A DNA stretch of 56,789 nt from an uncultured Christensenellaceae bacterium (GTDB lineage Bacteria; Bacillota; Clostridia; Christensenellales; SZUA-584). How positions within the stretch are numbered: the stretch's first letter is position 1; every line of letters begins with the position of its first letter. Under the pieces are notes generated by a model. That model was given only the letters and a program-made list of their open reading frames with translations, made no database searches and was not told the DNA's origin. The DNA is taken from positions 1 to 56,789 of the forward strand of contig CAZDZY010000004.1 in NCBI GenBank assembly GCA_964510055.1. The letters run 5' to 3'. Positions 15,823-24,869 of the stretch are shown piece by piece. The position numbers were made by a program, and so were the translations under genes.

Positions 15823-18800
15823 TCATATAGCCCAATAATAATAATCATATACTTCCGGGGCGAGTTCAGCATTGAGCGGCGGGTCTGCGTCCCATGTTTT
15901 ATGCTTTATTACTTCCCTCATCACAAGCCCGTTATTTTCTATAGAGATCTCCTCAAGCAATACCGCGTCGTACTCTTCCGGATCATCTTCCTTTAAATTG
16001 CCCAGTGCGAAATAAGCGTACAGTTTGCCGTCCGCTTCAAAAAACTCTATAAAATCGCCGCTTACATTGCCGAGGCAGCTTATCTCGCCCGTATTTGTAT
16101 TGAGCGCCCGGAGTTTCTCCTTGTCGGGGCAATATATTATATATTGATAATATCTCGCAATGCTTTCTTCCGGAGCGTCATCCTCAAATTCCGCGACCGT
16201 ATCCCCTGTTCCGTTTATTATCGAACAATGGCCTTTCTCCTTACTGACTGCTTTGTATCCGTTCAATTCCATATAAACGGGTTCGTCCTGCCTGACCAGC
16301 GTGTTTGTGCGTTCGTCCAGCAGATAGCTCCGGATCGGCCGCCCTTTCACCTCGGTATATATGTATATCCCGCCGTTCATCGACCTGACAGCGTAAGGCC
16401 CGCAGTCCATAGCAATGCTTTTTAAACTTTTATCGCGTATATCGTAGACATACAATATATTATCGCTTTCATACCGCGATTTGTCGCCGAAATATACTTT
16501 GCCGCCTATAGCGAAGATATGCCGAATACCATACCCGGCATGCGCTATCAGCTCCTCCCCGCTCCCGTCCGCGTTCACGCAATACAGCCAACTGCCTCTC
16601 GCAAAAAATACTTTATCTTCCGCTGCGGCGATATGGCCCGCGATCTCCGCGATACGTTTCCTTTCACCCGTTTTCCTGTCGTACCTGTAAAGGTCTACAT
16701 GCGCCGGGTTCGTCCTGCCGTACAATATCGTATAAAAAATATAATCGTCGGTAAAGGCAAAGTTTCTGTCCGCGCTCACACACGTATTCCGCTGCGAGGC
16801 GTCAGGGTTTTGCAGCGTTATTATTTTATTCGTACCCGCCGTTTCACTGGTCGTATTGATGGTATATACTACTTTTGTCCGCCCGTCCCCTGAAACGGCT
16901 TCTATCACTATGCTGTCTTTCCCCGGCTTTACTTCCACAGGCCCTTCCACAAGCCCCCACGCTTTTCCGTTTACAAAGACCTGCGTTTCATACCCATGCC
17001 GGATGTCGAGGTCTACCGAGTGCCCCTGCCCCACTGTGTAATCGGTATTGTACATCCTGTCGCCTTCTTCCGACGCTCCGAAGCGCATTTGGGTCCCGTC
17101 GCAATAGATCCCGTAAATATCCGGGGTCGTCGGACGCAGATCGAGCGAAAGCTGCGTGTCCCCGTTTACCTCAAACCAATCGCTCTTAAGCAGCGGCCCG
17201 CCGTTATATTCGATATAATACCTGCCCTTTGGCAGGAACGCCGCGGCTACATTGTCATTGGAAACGCGCTGTATCTCCCACCTTTTCCCTTTGTCGTCAA
17301 CGATATAAACAGGCGCTTTTTTACCAGACTTATCCGGAAAATCCGTAAACACGAAGCGGTACCCTATTCTGATAGCCGCGCAGTAAACATCGGTCTTTTT
17401 TGCAGAAGGCAGATGAAGCGAAACCTGCGTGTCTTTTTTTACTTCAAACCATTCGGTCTTCTGCGGCGGTTTCCCTTCGCCGGATGTTTCGCCCTCATAT
17501 TCGATATGATACGTATCTTCCGGGAGGTACACGCTGATAACTTTTTTATCAGACATCTGCATCACTCTTCTTCTCTCACCCGCGCTATTCACTATGTATA
17601 AAGGATATGAGCCGCCTTCGATATGAGAGTAATCGTTTGAATCGTATAACTTTATTTGGGCATAATGATGTATCGTTGTATGCGGTTTGGGATAACCGCG
17701 GCCCGCGTTATAATAAAAATACGCGTTACGCTCCATAACGACCGCAAGCCCGGTATCGGCTTTCTCTTCGCCCAGCACGCTTACATTCGCTTTTCCGTTT
17801 ATAAAGATATCATTCGCATCCACTTCCTTGTAACCGAGCAAACCATAACAATTTTGTATGGTCACGTTTCCGCCAAAAATCATGACATGTCTCGTTAATT
17901 CCGGGTCCTCGCCTGCCTGGAAATCAGGATTGCCATAACCTAACGCCATCGACATATATTTGTTTGTTTCTTCACCCAGATAAATATCTCCGCCAAGAAT
18001 TTCTATTCCCCCGCCGTTTCCGTATTGTCCGCCCCCGATACAGGCGGCATTACCGCCGGAATACGCATATATGGTCCCGCTGTTTATCGTTATAGAACCG
18101 CTGCTTATACGCGTGCGGTAATCCTGCTTTATCTTCCCGATATCGTTGGCCCTTCCCCCTATTCCGGCGCCGCCGTTTCCGCCCCTTACTTTGAGCTCTC
18201 CGCCGCCTTCTATAGTAAGCTCTGTCCCTTCTTCTACCCTTATACCGGGCTGCCCGCATCCGCTTGTCAGGTCATTGCCATTGCCTAATATAAGATAATT
18301 GCCCTCGCCAAAGAATGATAACGCGCACGCGTTATCACTTCCCGAGTTATCGATACTGAGCCCTTCTATCGTCAGATATACGCCCTCTTTGCACTCGATT
18401 TCCAGGCCTTTATACACGTTTCCGTTCCCGCCGATATACGCAACTCCGGGCTCGATGACTACTTTACGGCCGTCGCCCAGCTTCGATGAATAATCCACGC
18501 GCACGGTATCCTCCGGCCGGGCCGCAGACGGAGTATATATAATATCGCTGAGAGAAGCTTTGCCGTCTTTTATGATTATCCGGGAAAGATGGTTTCCGTC
18601 CCTGCCCCACAGGCGGATATCTGCGCTTCCGGATTGGGCGGAGATCAGTTCCGCGTCATAACCCCCCAGGTCCATCATGTAATACGTTTTCCCGGTGTTA
18701 TAGTCAAAAGCGTAAAGTTTAGTGTCGTTAATATAAAGAATATACTGGCCCCATAAAACAGAACTATAGTAAGTGTCAGGTATGTCAACCGTTATTTCGG

Positions 18801-19548
18801 CGCCCGTATTCAAGTCCAACATTTTATTTATATGCTGCGCATGAAAGGATAACTTACCGTTATATATTTGAAACCGGGTCCATGCGTTATCGAAGAGTTT
18901 TTGGTTTCCGCTTCCGTCAAGGGTGCATTTATACAAGGATTCGCTGGATGTATAGTATATCGCATCCTTATATATACAGAACGAATCAATGATCGTACCC
19001 TCGTCTTTCGTGACGCGTTTTGCGCCGCTGCCGTCAAGCTTTACAGCCCAGATGTCTTCAGTATGGTGTCCGTTATTTACAATTGTAAAGTAGATCAACC
19101 CTTTATAGATAATTATATTGCAAATCGCGCCTTTGGCTTTATATATATCTTTTGTCTTTCCCGTCTGCGGGTCGTATTCTGTAATAGCATCGCCGCCATC
19201 AGAGTCGGTACCGGCATATTTAGCGTAGCAGATCATGCCGTTACAGAGCGTCCAGTCCCTGTAAATACTCAATATCCTGGTCGTTCTGTTGTTTTCTTTG
19301 CTGGCACACAACAAATCGCCGTAATATACGTATTTATCGTCTTCAGATAGCTCGTTCTCTGTTGACGCATAATCGCCGGTATCGAACCGGACATCAGGTA
19401 TATCTGTGTCGGGTAAAGGACCCGGCGTCGGTGTGGCTGTCGGCGCGGGCGTGGAAGATGGCACAGGTGTCAGCGCCGCGTCCGCCGGAGACGAGCACGC
19501 CGCGAGGGCGAGGATAAGGATAATCAATAACAACATCTGTTTTTTCAT
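15823..19548 (-). CDS. large lipoprotein: DUF5050-like propeller + Gly-rich beta-helix + 2 Ig-like + cadherin-like + second propeller
   Basis: Lipobox LAAC; AAGGAG RBS; domains shared with the neighbouring paralogs. Confidence 0.87.
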   Translation of the reverse strand: MKKQMLLLIILILALAACSSPADAALTPVPSSTPAPTATPTPGPLPDTDIPDVRFDTGDYASTENELSEDDKYVYYGDLLCASKENNRTTRILSIYRDWTLCNGMICYAKYAGTDSDGGDAITEYDPQTGKTKDIYKAKGAICNIIIYKGLIYFTIVNNGHHTEDIWAVKLDGSGAKRVTKDEGTIIDSFCIYKDAIYYTSSESLYKCTLDGSGNQKLFDNAWTRFQIYNGKLSFHAQHINKMLDLNTGAEITVDIPDTYYSSVLWGQYILYINDTKLYAFDYNTGKTYYMMDLGGYDAELISAQSGSADIRLWGRDGNHLSRIIIKDGKASLSDIIYTPSAARPEDTVRVDYSSKLGDGRKVVIEPGVAYIGGNGNVYKGLEIECKEGVYLTIEGLSIDNSGSDNACALSFFGEGNYLILGNGNDLTSGCGQPGIRVEEGTELTIEGGGELKVRGGNGGAGIGGRANDIGKIKQDYRTRISSGSITINSGTIYAYSGGNAACIGGGQYGNGGGIEILGGDIYLGEETNKYMSMALGYGNPDFQAGEDPELTRHVMIFGGNVTIQNCYGLLGYKEVDANDIFINGKANVSVLGEEKADTGLAVVMERNAYFYYNAGRGYPKPHTTIHHYAQIKLYDSNDYSHIEGGSYPLYIVNSAGERRRVMQMSDKKVISVYLPEDTYHIEYEGETSGEGKPPQKTEWFEVKKDTQVSLHLPSAKKTDVYCAAIRIGYRFVFTDFPDKSGKKAPVYIVDDKGKRWEIQRVSNDNVAAAFLPKGRYYIEYNGGPLLKSDWFEVNGDTQLSLDLRPTTPDIYGIYCDGTQMRFGASEEGDRMYNTDYTVGQGHSVDLDIRHGYETQVFVNGKAWGLVEGPVEVKPGKDSIVIEAVSGDGRTKVVYTINTTSETAGTNKIITLQNPDASQRNTCVSADRNFAFTDDYIFYTILYGRTNPAHVDLYRYDRKTGERKRIAEIAGHIAAAEDKVFFARGSWLYCVNADGSGEELIAHAGYGIRHIFAIGGKVYFGDKSRYESDNILYVYDIRDKSLKSIAMDCGPYAVRSMNGGIYIYTEVKGRPIRSYLLDERTNTLVRQDEPVYMELNGYKAVSKEKGHCSIINGTGDTVAEFEDDAPEESIARYYQYIIYCPDKEKLRALNTNTGEISCLGNVSGDFIEFFEADGKLYAYFALGNLKEDDPEEYDAVLLEEISIENNGLVMREVIKHKTWDADPPLNAELAPEVYDYYYWAI

Positions 19549-19834
19549 ACAGACTCCTTAAAAATATATCCCCACCGCCAATGAAAACTATAATAACATT
19601 ATACCACGTAATAGCAGTATAGAGAAAAATGTTTCAGAAAACAAAATAAGCCGGAAAGGAGCTAAGCTTCCTTTGTTCGCAGGGAACGGAGGATTATTTT
19701 GTCCTCGCCTTTACTTACTTTTCTATCGTCATTTTTACTTTCTCATTTAAATTGTATATGCTAATCCTATTATAGCACATTTTATATAATTTTATTATTC
19801 CCTGCTATTTTTCATCCCGTGCTTGCGCAACTCC

Positions 19835-19877
19835 GCGCATACCCGCGCATACCCGCGCATACATGCGCATACTCGCG
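19835..19877. repeat. 10-bp tandem repeat GCGCATACCC (about 4 copies)
   Basis: GCGCATACCC GCGCATACCC GCGCATACAT GCGCATACTC GCG. Confidence 0.85.
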
Positions 19878-19998
19878 TCGGTTTGACGCTATTAATATAG
19901 TTTTCAGCCTGTTTCAATTAACCTTTGAATACGAAGTTTAAGGTTTTGCCGCATAAATGTTATCATTGATATATCAATTATATTTGGCAGGTGGCAGT

Positions 19999-21336
19999 AT
20001 GAAAAGAAAAAACGTTATCATTATCGGAGCCGCGGGCCGCGACTTCCATAACTTCAACATGTACTACAGGAACAACGCCGACGTTAACGTCGTCGCTTTC
20101 ACGGCCGCGCAGATACCCGATATCGACGGGCGCAAATACCCAGCGCAGCTTGCCGGGCCTTTGTACCCGGGCGGCATCCCCATCTACCCGCAAAGCGACC
20201 TACAAAGTCTTATACGCGAAAACAGTGTTGACGAATGCGTCTTTTCTTACAGCGACGTGCCCTATTCGTACGTAATGGGCGTAAGCGCGGCAGTCAACGC
20301 GGCAGGGGCCAATTTCCTGCTGCTCGGCCCTAACGCTACCATGCTGGGCAGCGTAAAGCCGGTAATAGCCGTGTGCGCCGTGAGGACTGGGTGCGGCAAG
20401 AGCCAGACTTCGCGCAAGATAGCGGAATTGCTTAACGCGCGCGGCATAAAGCCGGTGCTCGTGCGCCATCCTATGCCGTACGGCGACCTAGTAGCCCAGA
20501 AGGTGCAGCGCTTTGCCGAAATAGCCGACCTTAAAAAACACAAGTGCACCATAGAAGAGATGGAGGAATACGAGCCCCATATCGCCGCGGGCAACGTGAT
20601 ATATTCCGGGGTAGATTACGAGGCCATTTTGCGCGAGGCGGAAAAAGACCCCGCCGGCTGCGACGTCGTGATCTGGGACGGCGGCAACAACGATTTTTCG
20701 TTCTACAAGCCCGACCTTATGGTGACCGTGGCCGACCCGCACAGGCCGGGGCATGAGCTCGCGTATTATCCCGGCGAAGTCACGCTAAGGCTCGCCGACG
20801 TCGTGGTCGTCAACAAGATAGACAGCGCCGACCCGAAAGACGTTGAAACGGTAAAGAAAAACATAGCGAAGGTCAACCCGGAAGCAACGGTGATACTCGC
20901 CGACTCCCTCATCGAGGTAGACGACCCTTCAGTCATAAAAGGCAAACGGGTGCTGGTGGTGGAAGACGGGCCCACCCTTACGCACGGCGAAATGAAGATA
21001 GGCGCCGGGGTGGTGGCTGCTCGCAATTTCGGCGCTAAAGAGCTCGTAGACCCGAGGCCTTACCTTTCGGGAAAACTCGCCGACACCTTCAGGAAATACC
21101 CGGGAATAGGCACGTTATTGCCTGCCATGGGCTACGGCGAACAGCAGATAAAGGACCTTCAGGAAACTATAGAAAAGACGGAATGTGATTCAGTCGTCAT
21201 CGGCACGCCGATAGACTTAACGCGCATCATAAAGATATCGAAGCCGGCGACGCGCGTGCGTTACTCCCTTAAAGAGTTAGGCTCGCCCGACCTCGAAGAG
21301 GTAATAGGCGGCTTTATAAAAAAAGCGATAAAGTGA
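19999..21336 (+). CDS. COG2403 P-loop NTPase (usually annotated cyclic 2,3-diphosphoglycerate synthetase/GTPase); likely arginine synthetase ArcE-like
   Basis: GAAGRDFHNFN, AVRTGCGKSQTSR, RHPMPYGDL, CTIEEMEEYEPHI, WDGGNND, VEDGPTLTHG, LPAMGY. Confidence 0.85.
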   Translation: MKRKNVIIIGAAGRDFHNFNMYYRNNADVNVVAFTAAQIPDIDGRKYPAQLAGPLYPGGIPIYPQSDLQSLIRENSVDECVFSYSDVPYSYVMGVSAAVNAAGANFLLLGPNATMLGSVKPVIAVCAVRTGCGKSQTSRKIAELLNARGIKPVLVRHPMPYGDLVAQKVQRFAEIADLKKHKCTIEEMEEYEPHIAAGNVIYSGVDYEAILREAEKDPAGCDVVIWDGGNNDFSFYKPDLMVTVADPHRPGHELAYYPGEVTLRLADVVVVNKIDSADPKDVETVKKNIAKVNPEATVILADSLIEVDDPSVIKGKRVLVVEDGPTLTHGEMKIGAGVVAARNFGAKELVDPRPYLSGKLADTFRKYPGIGTLLPAMGYGEQQIKDLQETIEKTECDSVVIGTPIDLTRIIKISKPATRVRYSLKELGSPDLEEVIGGFIKKAIK

Positions 21337-21354
21337 TCTAACCTTCCTTTACCT

Positions 21355-21388
21355 AAAAAGCCGCGCCTTCAGGGCGCGGCTTTTGTTT
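21355..21388 (+). terminator. intrinsic terminator
   Basis: AAAAAGCCGCGCC-TTCAG-GGCGCGGCTTTTGTTT. Confidence 0.85.
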
Positions 21389-21501
21389 GTCTGAGGCCAG
21401 AACCTTATTATTATGCCTGAAGGCACATGCTTGTCCCGCGAGCCGACAATATATAAACATAACCTTTCATATCTCGTTTCATCAAACCGCTCGTTTCTGT
21501 T

Positions 21502-21770
21502 CTGGATTGCTTCGTCTCTGCGCTTCCTCGCAATGACGGAGGGAACCGCCGACTGCTTATAGCTGCTAAATCATCACCCAAACGTTCCTATTCAAACCTT
21601 GTTACTAATATTAGCGACGGCAGTCGCCATTGCGAACGATAGTGAAGCAATCGTCATTGCGACCCGGGCACTAAATTGCGGGCTTTAATTCCGGGCTTAC
21701 AATTTAGTGCCCGGGGTGGCAATCCAGAACGTTACAACTTTGCATCTGGATTACTTCGTCACTGCTATTG
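21502..21770. repeat. cluster of GTCATTGCGA..GCAATC / GGATTGCTTCG..CGCAATGAC palindromic repeats (family B)
   Basis: Alternating-orientation copies at ~21502, ~21624, ~21652 (with long perfect hairpin CCCGGGCACTAAATTG..CAATTTAGTGCCCGGG inserted) and ~21746. Confidence 0.75.
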
Positions 21771-21823
21771 CAGTTCGAATAAGAGCCGCGCAAGGGTAAT
21801 GGGATTCTATAAAAAGCAGGTAT

Positions 21824-21849
21824 AAAAAAGCCGCTGTTCAGCGGCTTTT
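21824..21849 (-). terminator. intrinsic (bidirectional) terminator
   Basis: AAAAAAGCCGCTG-TT-CAGCGGCTTTT just past the stop codon of the minus-strand gene. Confidence 0.8.
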
Positions 21850-21864
21850 ACTGCTCTTATTACC

Positions 21865-22953
21865 TTATATCACCCCAAGGCTCCGGGCGGTGTTTATAAG
21901 GAAGTCCTGCACGTTAGTGACTATGCTGTTCACCGCGAGGCTTCCCCTGTCTCTTAGCTTATTCACCGCGAATTCCGATATGTCTATGGTGTAGAAATAC
22001 ACCGGGCGCAGACGCCCGTCCATTATCTGCCACGCCGGAGTCATGTTGCCCGACGCTATGGTGTGCAGCTGCGTCGCGAGGGCTATGACTGTGGTCGCCT
22101 GCCTTATGGCCGCTCTCATCGCGTCCTGCGCTTTGTATACGTCGCCTATCACTCCGGGCAGCGGCCCGTCGTCGCGTATCGATCCTGCAAGCACTAAAGG
22201 CACTTTTTTCTTTACGCAGGCGCCGATTATCCCGTTCTGCTCAGGGTTGTGTGCGATATAGTTTTCTATAGAGCCCGCGCTGCGTACGCGGTTGATGGTC
22301 TCGAGATGGTTATAGTGTCCGTTATAGCGTATCTCCTTCGTGTATATGTCCTGCCCGAGGCCGGTGTTGAAGACTCCGGCTTCAAGGTCGTGCGTGGCAA
22401 GAGCGTTGCCCGCGAGCAGCGCATTCACGTATCCGTCATTTATAAGGCCGGCCATTGCCCGCCTCGCGTCAAAATCGAAGGCCACGGCGGGGCCGAGCAC
22501 CCATACTATATTCCCGTGTTCGCGCTCAAACTTCAATATCTCGTATAGCTCGTCGTAATCCCTCGAATAGGCCGACTCCCTCGATTTTCCCGTCCTGAAA
22601 GCGAAATTCTGCACGCTGCCTCCTGAGCCGTTTTGGAACGCCGCGTAATCTATGAACACCCCGTTCGTCATGTCCTCAACGCGCCCGATCACTACCGGGT
22701 CGCCTTTCTTCACCAGACGCGCTTCAGTCGCTTTTGGGCGGCCTTCTCTTATTACTACGGCGCAGTCCATTCTCGGCGCTTCTATAAGGCGCCACTCGCC
22801 TTTTATTTTAAAGTACTCAGGGTATATGGTGGTCGCGTAAAAGCCGTCGGGGAGTATGCCGTCTCCCGGGGCGGCTGCCGTTCTCGCTTCAGGCGCGGAA
22901 ACGAACTCCGGCTTTCCAAAATCGGGCGCTGCGTATTCGGGCAGTTTGAACAT
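21865..22953 (-). CDS. ornithine cyclodeaminase of the ArgZ/AgrE C-terminal (LOR/SDH conserved domain, TIGR00300-like) type
   Basis: DGILPDGFYATT, RMDC, LAGNALATHDLE, GHYNHL, LAGSIRDDGPLP, LHTIASGNMTP, KLRDRGS; GAGG RBS before MFKLPEY. Confidence 0.85.
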   Translation of the reverse strand: MFKLPEYAAPDFGKPEFVSAPEARTAAAPGDGILPDGFYATTIYPEYFKIKGEWRLIEAPRMDCAVVIREGRPKATEARLVKKGDPVVIGRVEDMTNGVFIDYAAFQNGSGGSVQNFAFRTGKSRESAYSRDYDELYEILKFEREHGNIVWVLGPAVAFDFDARRAMAGLINDGYVNALLAGNALATHDLEAGVFNTGLGQDIYTKEIRYNGHYNHLETINRVRSAGSIENYIAHNPEQNGIIGACVKKKVPLVLAGSIRDDGPLPGVIGDVYKAQDAMRAAIRQATTVIALATQLHTIASGNMTPAWQIMDGRLRPVYFYTIDISEFAVNKLRDRGSLAVNSIVTNVQDFLINTARSLGVI

Positions 22954-23056
22954 AAATATACCTCGCTTTTCTGTCAATACACAGTTATTATGGCACAAAA
23001 ACCGGAGGTTTTCAAACTTAAAGAGCATTTGCTTTGCGAATGCTGAAAACGGAGCG

Positions 23057-23863
23057 TTATCGGTTTTTCCATGCCTGCTGCGTCAACTGCCTTTCGTTAT
23101 AATAGCGGAATAAATGATCGCCGCAAAATAAGCAATCACGGAGAAAATAAAAGCGGCTGTGATCATGTCGTATCGGTCTCTGAGCTCGGTGTATTCCGGC
23201 TCGCTCAAGCTCCTGATCATAATAGAGCGATCTGATTTCTTTATAACTGCGCCACATAGAGGTGTTCACCATTTCGTGGGCTGTCCTGCCCCACGCCTCA
23301 GGTTGATCATAATATAAGTATCCGCCCATAGCCCTGCGAACGGCCTGTCTTGTTAATAAGATCACAATAAAAGGCAGCGCCGCCAGTACAAATGTCGGAG
23401 CAAATCCCAGCGCGCGCGACAGAGCGAAAACAGCGGCGTAACAGCCTATCAATACCGCCCAATAGGCCCATAGTTTTTTCGAATTGAATCCTTCCGCTAT
23501 TTTATCAAATACTCCGGCATTGCCCGCAGGTATCACTATGCTTATTCCCTGCGAGCTTGCGAACTTTCCCGCTTTGAAAACGACTTCCGCCTCCGCCCCG
23601 CTTTTAACAGAAAACTTCAGCTCGCTTACAGCCCCTTTAGGCCCCTTGGCCTCAAGCACGTTGACCCGCCGGACGGCCGGGGCAGCTGCCTGCGCGCCGT
23701 CCTCTATCTTCCCTATGTTGTCCCCGTTGAGAAAGAAATTCCAAACCTCAAACGAATTGAGCCCGCTGCTTTCCCGCCTTATCACCGTTACTTTAGCGGG
23801 TGCGTCAAGAAGCTGCTCTTTTTCTTCCCTGTGATTGCCCGTTTTTGGATCTCGCCGGCTCAT
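23057..23863 (-). CDS. hypothetical membrane protein, probably frameshifted near the 3' end
   Basis: Soluble N-domain + 2 TM; an alternative frame 23083..23220 encodes a more plausible TM tail. Confidence 0.65.
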   Translation of the reverse strand: MSRRDPKTGNHREEKEQLLDAPAKVTVIRRESSGLNSFEVWNFFLNGDNIGKIEDGAQAAAPAVRRVNVLEAKGPKGAVSELKFSVKSGAEAEVVFKAGKFASSQGISIVIPAGNAGVFDKIAEGFNSKKLWAYWAVLIGCYAAVFALSRALGFAPTFVLAALPFIVILLTRQAVRRAMGGYLYYDQPEAWGRTAHEMVNTSMWRSYKEIRSLYYDQELERAGIHRAQRPIRHDHSRFYFLRDCLFCGDHLFRYYNERQLTQQAWKNR

Positions 23864-24097
23864 TTGCCCTTTGCCCCTCCTTATATCGCCTTAATATCAA
23901 CCGCCCATACCCCGGGGCTGCTTCCCGCCTTTATAAACTTATCCGCCGCCTGCCGAAATATCGTACCATGTCCGTTTGTATCTCTGAAATCTTATTCCGA
24001 ATATATTATTATTTTACCATATATAGCATAAAGAGCAACTATAACATTATGCTGTCTTATGCTTCATACGCATTGTATACTGTTTTTCAATAACATG

Positions 24098-24123
24098 AAA
24101 AGCGGCTGCCTTATTGCAGCCGC
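24098..24123 (-). terminator. intrinsic terminator
   Basis: Minus strand GCGGCTGC-AATAAG-GCAGCCGC-TTTT downstream of the lipoprotein gene. Confidence 0.7.
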
Positions 24124-24146
24124 CTCAACTGGTTCTCTCCGCTTAT

Positions 24147-24485
24147 CTACTTCCTGTTGTATTCCGCTTCCATGCCGAAAGAATCCGTTACGAACAGCTT
24201 GCTTCCGTCTATCCTATAGGGAAGTTCCCTGGGCAGCTTAGTGCCCTCAAACGATATCGACAGCTTGCTTCCGTCTTCGGTATAAGTGAATTTCTTGATC
24301 CTACCTGCCGCGTCGTATTGGCCTGTTCCGTCGTCGTTAAAAGTATATATGAATTTGCCTAAGCTTCCATATTCGCACTCCCATGAGCCGACAATGGGCG
24401 CTTTTGCAGGCTCGGCTTTGCCGCCGCACGCTGCGAGTGAAAGCAAAACTATAACTATCAACACCGCCGCCATTGCTTTTTTCAT
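24147..24485 (-). CDS. small lipoprotein (DUF5640/lipocalin-like beta domain)
   Basis: MKKAMAAVLIVIVLLSLAAC; IVGSW..YTFNDDGTG; GAGGGGG RBS; start corrected from 24653. Confidence 0.85.
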   Translation of the reverse strand: MKKAMAAVLIVIVLLSLAACGGKAEPAKAPIVGSWECEYGSLGKFIYTFNDDGTGQYDAAGRIKKFTYTEDGSKLSISFEGTKLPRELPYRIDGSKLFVTDSFGMEAEYNRK

Positions 24486-24869
24486 ATCTTTATCCCCCTC
24501 TTTACTCATCTGAGCTTTATTATTACACGTACTCCCATATACTACAAGGTTCGGCCCTGATTTTCCGGATAAAATCTTTTTTCGGGCGGCGGGCAATACC
24601 TTACTGCTGCCAGCAATAAAAAGAGACAGCCGTGCCGAAAAGCTCACGGCCATGCAGCTGTCTTTTATAGAATATATCCCCTTTTCGTTTTACCCTTTGG
24701 GGTATAGATCAAGGGGAAGGGGCCTGCAGTCCGCGCTCGCAGGCCTTGTTCTTTATTCCGCACCATTACGCGGGCCTGCCCTGCAGCCGCGGCGCCCTTA
24801 AACTCGGCTCTTTAATTTTTTGTATTATTGTCTTATAATATATGTATATTTTGGGAGGAAAAACGTTAG

